The position numbers were made by a program, and so were the translations under genes. A stretch of DNA of 50,269 nt, from NCBI GenBank assembly GCA_020350405.1, contig CP070715.1, positions 606,856-657,124 of the forward strand, read 5' to 3'. This document shows, one piece after another, positions 45,280 through 50,269 of this stretch (the first letter of the stretch is position 1; every line of letters starts with the position of its first letter). The notes under the pieces were generated by a model. That model was given only the letters and a program-made list of their open reading frames with translations. It had not been told where the DNA came from and did not search any database. This DNA is from Planctomycetota bacterium. Its GTDB lineage: Bacteria; Planctomycetota; Phycisphaerae; Sedimentisphaerales; Anaerobacaceae.

Positions 45280-46746
45280 TTACATGTCCAGTCTTTCCTG
45301 CAAATGGCTGCGCAGCTGGTCTGTGGCGACCCTTACTTGTTCCATTGAGTCACGGTCGCGGACGGTAACGGTATTATCCTCTTTTGTCTGGCCGTCGACG
45401 GTAATACAGAACGGCGTACCCGCCTCATCCTGCCTGCGGTACCGCCTGCCGACCGCCCCCTTCTCATCATAAAAGCAGTTAAAGTGACGCTTTAGGTCAT
45501 TGTAGATGTTCTTCGCAATCTCCGGCATGCCCTCTCTTTTGACCAACGGAAATACGCCCACCTTGATCGGCGCAAGGGCGTGGTGAAATCTCAAGAGGTT
45601 CCTCTTCTCGCCCCGGACTTCTTCCTCGTCGTACGCATCGACCAGAAAGGCCAGAGCGCTTCTATCGATGCCGGCACTCGGCTCAATCACATAGGGGATA
45701 TAGCGTTTCTTCTGCTCATCATCGAAGTATGACAGCGGCCCGGACTCGTAATCCTCCGCTTCAGCAGCCAATTCGATTTTGTCCATCAGCCGGTTGTTCT
45801 CGAACCATTTATTGAGCGTTCTTATCCCCCGCTGGTGCTGCCGCAGGTCAAAATCCGTCCGGTTTGCAATCCCTTCGAGCTCCTGCCAGTCGCCGCTGCC
45901 CAATGGGAATTTATATTCGACATCCACGCAGGACTTCGCATAGTGCGCCAGCTCATCGCCGGCGTGGTCACGCATCCGCAGGTTCTCTTTCTTGATTCCC
46001 AGCTCGACATACCAGTCAAAACGCGTTTTTTTCCAGTGCTCGAACCACTTCTCATCCGTTCCCGGCTCACAGAAAAACTCCAACTCCGCCTGCTCGAATT
46101 CGCGTGTCCGGAAGATAAAGGCCTTGGTAGTTACCTCGTTGCGGAAGCTTTTGCCTATCTGTGCGATGCCGAAGGGGATTTTGACCCTCGTGGTATCGAG
46201 CACGTTTCTGAAATTGGCGAAAATTCCCTGAGCTGTTTCCGGCCGAAGGTGCATCGTCATCGAATCGTCAACATTCGCACCCATCTGCGTTTCGAACATC
46301 AATTTAAAGGGCATCGGCTCGGTGAACCCACCTACCGCACCGCAGTTAGGACAGACCTTGTTGCTCAAATCGTGCTCTTTGGCCATTGCCGCATCGATTG
46401 AGATGTGCTCGGTGTGCTCTTCGGCGTGTTCGGCCAAATGGTCGACGCGGGTTCTGGCGTTGCATTTCTTGCATTCTGCAATCAGATCCGCGAATTTATC
46501 GACGTGGCCGGAGGCCTTCCAGACCAACGGGTGCATCAGGATGCTGCAATCAAGGCCTACGACGTCGTCGCGCATCTGCACGACGGAGTTCCACCAGGCT
46601 TTTTTGACGTTATTTTTCAGTTCGACGCCGAGCGGGCCGTAGTCGTAGCAGCTTGCCAAGCCGCCATAGATTTCACTGGACTGAAAGATGAAACCCCTGC
46701 GTTTACAAAGAGATACGATATCTTCGAGCTTGGTGATTCTGGCCAT
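45280..46746 (-). CDS. glyQS: Glycine--tRNA ligase, homodimeric (alpha2) type
   Basis: MARITKLEDIVSLCKRRGFIFQSSEIYGGLASCYDYGPLG is the canonical GlyQS N-terminus. Also has FRNE, PYVIEPSAGIDR and GTPFCITVD. ATG 46746 is preferred over the upstream-extended track ORF (46920). Confidence 0.92.
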   Translation of the reverse strand: MARITKLEDIVSLCKRRGFIFQSSEIYGGLASCYDYGPLGVELKNNVKKAWWNSVVQMRDDVVGLDCSILMHPLVWKASGHVDKFADLIAECKKCNARTRVDHLAEHAEEHTEHISIDAAMAKEHDLSNKVCPNCGAVGGFTEPMPFKLMFETQMGANVDDSMTMHLRPETAQGIFANFRNVLDTTRVKIPFGIAQIGKSFRNEVTTKAFIFRTREFEQAELEFFCEPGTDEKWFEHWKKTRFDWYVELGIKKENLRMRDHAGDELAHYAKSCVDVEYKFPLGSGDWQELEGIANRTDFDLRQHQRGIRTLNKWFENNRLMDKIELAAEAEDYESGPLSYFDDEQKKRYIPYVIEPSAGIDRSALAFLVDAYDEEEVRGEKRNLLRFHHALAPIKVGVFPLVKREGMPEIAKNIYNDLKRHFNCFYDEKGAVGRRYRRQDEAGTPFCITVDGQTKEDNTVTVRDRDSMEQVRVATDQLRSHLQERLDM

Positions 46747-46873
46747 AGCGCTGTTCCTTGATAATTTTGAATTAACCGGCTCATTATATAGCGGAAAACG
46801 CTGATTACAAGCAATGAAAAAGGCAGGTGGGGTCCTTCCACCGGGCTCAGGATGGGGACTTTGCGTGCTCAAT

Positions 46874-46951
46874 TTTTGCGGGAAAAATGGGGGCGGGCAA
46901 ACTTGGGCGTTGAGGCTCACCCTTACTTTTGGGCGAAAAATGGAGGTGGGC
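46874..46951 (+). repeat. Two 25-nt imperfect direct repeats (21/25 identical), starts 53 bp apart
   Basis: TTTTGCGGGAAAAATGGGGGCGGGC (46874-46898) versus TTTTGGGCGAAAAATGGAGGTGGGC (46927-46951), lying 130-205 nt upstream of the glyQS start. Confidence 0.6.
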
Positions 46952-47187
46952 TGTCTGGAAACGTTCTACAAAGTTGGAAAGATTACGAAAAGTTTGTATG
47001 AAACTTGCAAAAGGTGGGGGTATTGCGCTCGAAGAAGTTTGCGAGATGTGTAAAACGTTTGAAAATTTACAAAAGTTTTGACGGTAAAACGGGGTGTTTA
47101 GGGCGAACGGGTGGTTTCGGTGTGGGAGAGTGGAGAGATTGTATTATGTATAGCAGTACAAAGGCAGGAGGGAAAAAGCGGGGCGGT

Positions 47188-47220
47188 GGGAGGGGAATAA
47201 TTGGGGGTTGGGGGCGAGGG
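47188..47220 (+). other. Canonical G-quadruplex-forming motif (five G3-5 tracts, loops of 1-7 nt)
   Basis: GGG-A-GGGG-AATAATT-GGGGG-TT-GGGGG-CGA-GGG, read directly. The surrounding 60 nt have 35 G and 4 C. Confidence 0.55.
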
Positions 47221-47389
47221 ATTAGAAAATCAAAGATTAAAGTGCAAAGATACAGGGCAAAGATCAAAGACAGGTTGAGATTGCCGCGTCGGCAACGTTG
47301 TTGCCTCCTCGCAATGACAAGGGGCTGAGAGGGAGGAGTGCTCTCAGCCCGGAGGTGAGGAGGTGCGTGTGTGTGTTTTGTATTTATTT

Positions 47390-47424
47390 AATCAGGCGCA
47401 GTCTCCGCGCGGCTGCGCCTGATT
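47390..47424. terminator. 12-bp-stem GC-rich hairpin in the spacer just downstream of the giant minus-strand gene
   Basis: AATCAGGCGCAG-TCTCCGCGCGG-CTGCGCCTGATT. T-rich sequence follows on the plus strand, A-rich on the minus strand, so the direction of action is ambiguous. Confidence 0.45.
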
Positions 47425-47468
47425 ATATTGTATCGATTTTGTATCGGCGTTTTTTCGGCCGGGTTGTG

Positions 47469-50269
47469 TCATTCGATTAATTCCTTATCAGGTGTCTGGT
47501 TGGGTTCGGGTTCGGCGCCGAGGGAGGTCAGGGAGTCTTCGAGCTTGTTGATGCCTTTCTCGAAGGCGTCGGCGGACTGCTCGTGGTGCTGTATGGCGGA
47601 GGAAATTCTCTGCTTAGCCGAGACGATGTCGGCTTTGGATGCATCGGTGTAGTCACGGGTATCGAGCAATTCGTCGAGGGCATCGTAGGCCTCCCACTGG
47701 AGAGCCAAGAATTCGTCGATTAGGGCGAGGAGCTCATGGTGTCTATCGAGGACGGTGCCGAGGCGGTCGACGGCGCGGTCGTATGGCGGGAGGATGAAGG
47801 CCTCGTAGGCACCCATGTCGAAATCGGGCAGGCCGGCGTTGTTGTCGATGTCGGGGTAGTCGTAGGGGCGCGGGGTGCCCTCGATGTCGGTGTAGACGCC
47901 GGCGTCTTTGGCCGCGTCGATGCAGGGCGAGGTCGGCAGCAGGCGATAATCGCCTTCGACCCAGCAGGGGCCGGATTGGCCGGGCTGGACGAAGCAGGGG
48001 TCGGCGTCGATGTTGCCCTCGCCTTCCCAGCCGCCCTGGACATCGCTATATGTGACCGTGGGTGCATAATCACCATCGTAGTAGATTTGTTCGGGCGAAT
48101 TGGCCCAGAGTATGCAGTTTGTAATTTGAGTGGGGGCAAGGCAGTAGAGCCCTCCGCCTTCGTAGCCGGAGGTGTTGTTTGCGATGGTAGTGTGTGTGAT
48201 TTCGGCGGGGCCTCTGCAGTAGATTCCACCGCCACCGCTGCCATGTCGAGATGCTGCGGAGTTTCCAGCAATTACGCAGTTCGTGATTGTTAAGCTGTCT
48301 TCCTGGTCGCCGCTTGAATCGTGGTAGATTCCACCGCCTGCGTAGCCTACTGAATTTCCTAATATGGAGCAGTTGGCAATCGTGACAGTGCTGCCGGAGG
48401 CGTATATTCCGCCACCGGCGCCGTAGTCAGGGTTCTCCGGCTTGTTTTCTCTGATAGTGGAGTTTGTAATGGTCAGGTTGGAGCGGGCGCAGTGTATTGC
48501 GCTGGCGTAGCGTCCGAGGGAGTTCTCCGCGATAACACAGTCGTCAATGATGGCGCTAGCATTGTAGAGGTAGATCGCAGCGCCGCTATCGGCGTAATTA
48601 TCGGTGAAGGTACAATTGGTGATTTTGGGGCTGCCTACGTCACAGTAGATCGCACCGCCGCGGGTCTTGAGGCCTGAGTTGTGCGTGAATATGCAGTTGT
48701 TGACAGTGAAGTCAGTGTGATGGGCATAGATGGCCCCGCCGTCACCACCGTGGGGATAAGCGTTAGTTATTGTGAGGCCATCGATGGCAGGTGTTACATC
48801 TGCCGTTGTGTGGAAGTTGAAAGCACGGTGTCGGTCTTCTCGCGAGCCGTTGCAGTCGATGATGGTGTTTTCTGGGCCGGATTCGGAGCGGACTGTTACT
48901 GTTTTGGCGAGGTAGATGTCCCGGTTGCCCTCTCCGGTGTAGGTGCCGGGGGCGACGAGGACAATATCACCCTCGAGAGCGTCGTCGATGGCTGCCTGGA
49001 TAGTCGGGTACTCGGAGGGTACGTGCAGGAAGCGAGGGGGCACGACCTGGACTGATACCTGTGTCTCGATGGTAATGGCGGCGGCGGTGTACCAGGTGGA
49101 GATGGTAATATCCTGGGGCTGGTTGACCTCGGCGGTAGTAACTTTGCCGTTTTCATCGATGGTGGCATAGGTCTGGGGCTCTACGGACCAGACGGCGGAG
49201 GTGGTGACATCAGCAGTGGAATCATCCTCGTAAGTGACTTCTGCGTAATACTGGGCGTGGAAGCTGCCGGGGAGCTTGTCGCGGCCCGTGATTTGGAGGG
49301 CGACGGGCTGAGCTACCTGGACGGCGGCCTGTGCCTGAAGGGTGGCGCCGGCGACGGTGTAATCGGCATAAACGGTGAGAGCTGTGTCCGTCTCGATGCG
49401 GTCAGTATTCAGGCGACCATCGTCACTTATGCTCGCGACGTCCTGCGGCTCAACAGACCATGTTGCGGAGGTGGTTACATCCGCGGCAGAACCGTCTTGG
49501 TAGTAAGCCGCTGCCTCGTATTGGGCGTAGCTGTTCTCGGTGACTTGCTGCGGGCCTGATATCTGGAGGTCAGTGAGGGCAGAGACCTGGACAGAGACCT
49601 GTGTATCGACGGTGACAGTGCCTTTAGTATACTCGGCGGAGATTGTAATCTGGTCGGCTGTCTCTATGCGGTCGGTGGTGAGGAGACCGCTATCATCGAT
49701 TGTTGCAATGTTCGGCTCGGCGGACCAGGTTGCCTGGGTGGTGACATTCTGTGTAGAGCCATCCTCATAAGTAGCGATTGCGGTGAACTGTGCTGAGGAA
49801 TTCTCGCGGACGTGGTCGGGGCCGGTGATGTCGAGGGCGACGACGGGAATCAAGGCGGCCTGATAGAGCTGCTGGATTTCTTCGGCGGAGAGTGTCCGGC
49901 TGTAGACGCGGACGTCGTCGAGTGCACCTTTGAAGTAGGCAACTATGCTTGCGTAGAGTCTGGCGCCGATTGCGAAGGGCTGGGTATTGTCGATGTCGCC
50001 CACTTCTGAAATGGGCGGCGATGTTGCGACAACCTCGCCATCCACGTAGACGGTAATTACGTCGGTTCTGTCGAAGACGGCAGCGGCGTGGTGCCACTGG
50101 TTGTCGTGAAATGATTGCTCGGGAGACTGCGCCAAAACATACGAGCTGGTACTGGTGATTCTGGCAAATATGCGTCTGGAGTCCATGTAAAAGTCATAGC
50201 CGGGGGTATTGCCCTTTTCCCTTTTGTTGACGAGCATCTGGCGGCCAGTAAAAGATGTTTTAAACCAGG
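47469..50269 (-). CDS. Giant secreted/surface protein (5' end off the window): LamG domain, three Big_2 Ig-like repeats, right-handed beta-helix (PbH1) region, helical C-terminal tail
   Basis: The frame stays open upstream of ATG 50237 to the window edge (..WFKTSFTGRQ-MLVNK, mid-LamG). LamG end is FKGALDDVRVYSRTLSAEEIQQLY. GGAIY/GGGIY beta-helix rungs and the DADPCF...GDYRLLPTSPCIDA motif are present. Confidence 0.85.
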   Translation of the reverse strand, partial: WFKTSFTGRQMLVNKREKGNTPGYDFYMDSRRIFARITSTSSYVLAQSPEQSFHDNQWHHAAAVFDRTDVITVYVDGEVVATSPPISEVGDIDNTQPFAIGARLYASIVAYFKGALDDVRVYSRTLSAEEIQQLYQAALIPVVALDITGPDHVRENSSAQFTAIATYEDGSTQNVTTQATWSAEPNIATIDDSGLLTTDRIETADQITISAEYTKGTVTVDTQVSVQVSALTDLQISGPQQVTENSYAQYEAAAYYQDGSAADVTTSATWSVEPQDVASISDDGRLNTDRIETDTALTVYADYTVAGATLQAQAAVQVAQPVALQITGRDKLPGSFHAQYYAEVTYEDDSTADVTTSAVWSVEPQTYATIDENGKVTTAEVNQPQDITISTWYTAAAITIETQVSVQVVPPRFLHVPSEYPTIQAAIDDALEGDIVLVAPGTYTGEGNRDIYLAKTVTVRSESGPENTIIDCNGSREDRHRAFNFHTTADVTPAIDGLTITNAYPHGGDGGAIYAHHTDFTVNNCIFTHNSGLKTRGGAIYCDVGSPKITNCTFTDNYADSGAAIYLYNASAIIDDCVIAENSLGRYASAIHCARSNLTITNSTIRENKPENPDYGAGGGIYASGSTVTIANCSILGNSVGYAGGGIYHDSSGDQEDSLTITNCVIAGNSAASRHGSGGGGIYCRGPAEITHTTIANNTSGYEGGGLYCLAPTQITNCILWANSPEQIYYDGDYAPTVTYSDVQGGWEGEGNIDADPCFVQPGQSGPCWVEGDYRLLPTSPCIDAAKDAGVYTDIEGTPRPYDYPDIDNNAGLPDFDMGAYEAFILPPYDRAVDRLGTVLDRHHELLALIDEFLALQWEAYDALDELLDTRDYTDASKADIVSAKQRISSAIQHHEQSADAFEKGINKLEDSLTSLGAEPEPNQTPDKELIE
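49038..49844 (-). repeat. Three tandem ~90-aa Big_2-like Ig repeats within the giant protein
   Basis: ITGPDHVRENSSAQFTAIATYEDGSTQNVTTQATWS / ISGPQQVTENSYAQYEAAAYYQDGSAADVTTSATWS / ITGRDKLPGSFHAQYYAEVTYEDDSTADVTTSAVWS, each ending in ..QVSVQV / ..AAVQV. Confidence 0.8.

Noticed and set aside
46747-46920. N-terminal 58-aa extension of glyQS in the track ORF
   Set aside because: The family-typical N-terminus MARITKLEDIV starts at ATG 46746. The extension is Pro-rich, unconserved-looking, and begins at a non-ATG codon.
46814-47328. Plus-strand ORFs of 79 and 107 aa in the G-rich spacer
   Set aside because: The translations are dominated by G/K/R runs produced by the G/A-rich sequence. There is no RBS context. 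I treat the region as non-coding, though only expression data could exclude a small basic protein.
47720-49170. Several 60-185-aa ORFs on both strands inside the giant beta-helix gene
   Set aside because: They are by-products of the repetitive GC-rich coding sequence. The translations are Ala/Pro/Thr/Gly/Val runs.
1-50269. CRISPR arrays, rRNA genes, IS elements and att-like direct repeats flanking the island
   Set aside because: I saw no regularly spaced repeats, rRNA-like sequence, transposase ORFs or terminal inverted repeats. I could not find matching direct repeats near 17.6 kb and 29.2-29.7 kb by eye, but a computational repeat search would be needed to be sure.

Overview
This is a ~50 kb chromosomal window. 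I read it by eye from the sequence and the supplied ORF track. No database or profile searches were run, so every product call rests on motif recognition.

The gene content suggests a PVC-group bacterium, possibly Planctomycetota/Phycisphaerae-like. This is inference only. It rests on a PEP-CTERM protein, Tat-signal proteins, a giant LamG/Big_2/beta-helix surface protein, URO-D-family paralogues and a PIG-L deacetylase.

The housekeeping backbone is: SDR/TlpA-like pair, rmuC, parvulin PPIase, thioesterase-purF-purM, cmk-plsC, ispH, rpsA, a sigma-70 family factor, apt, and a minus-strand string glyQS-membrane protein-asnS-PIG-L-prmC. I saw no rRNA, tRNA, CRISPR array, transposase or integrase.

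The main point of interest is a ~12 kb block at 17651-29139, plus a 541-nt ORF-free leader reaching 29680. It holds 14 tightly packed minus-strand ORFs:
- an SPP1-type portal, a coiled-coil scaffold and a DUF5309/SU10-like major capsid protein;
- nine structural-looking ORFs, including a LamG protein, two paralogous FN3-like proteins and a 609-aa hub-like protein;
- an AT-rich distal end carrying a small membrane/coiled-coil protein and an orphan SAM methyltransferase.

No terminase, integrase, protease, replication, regulatory or lysis-enzyme gene is present, and both flanks inside the window are ordinary chromosomal genes. It therefore looks like either a domesticated phage-derived particle locus (GTA-like or satellite-like) or a very clean prophage remnant.

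Secondary oddities:
- a ~720-nt strongly G-rich ORF-free spacer upstream of glyQS, with a textbook G-quadruplex motif and direct repeats;
- a sigma factor whose conserved region 1.2 lies upstream of any canonical start codon;
- a ~70-aa coiled-coil insertion in AsnRS;
- a 120-aa acidic tail on ribosomal protein S1.
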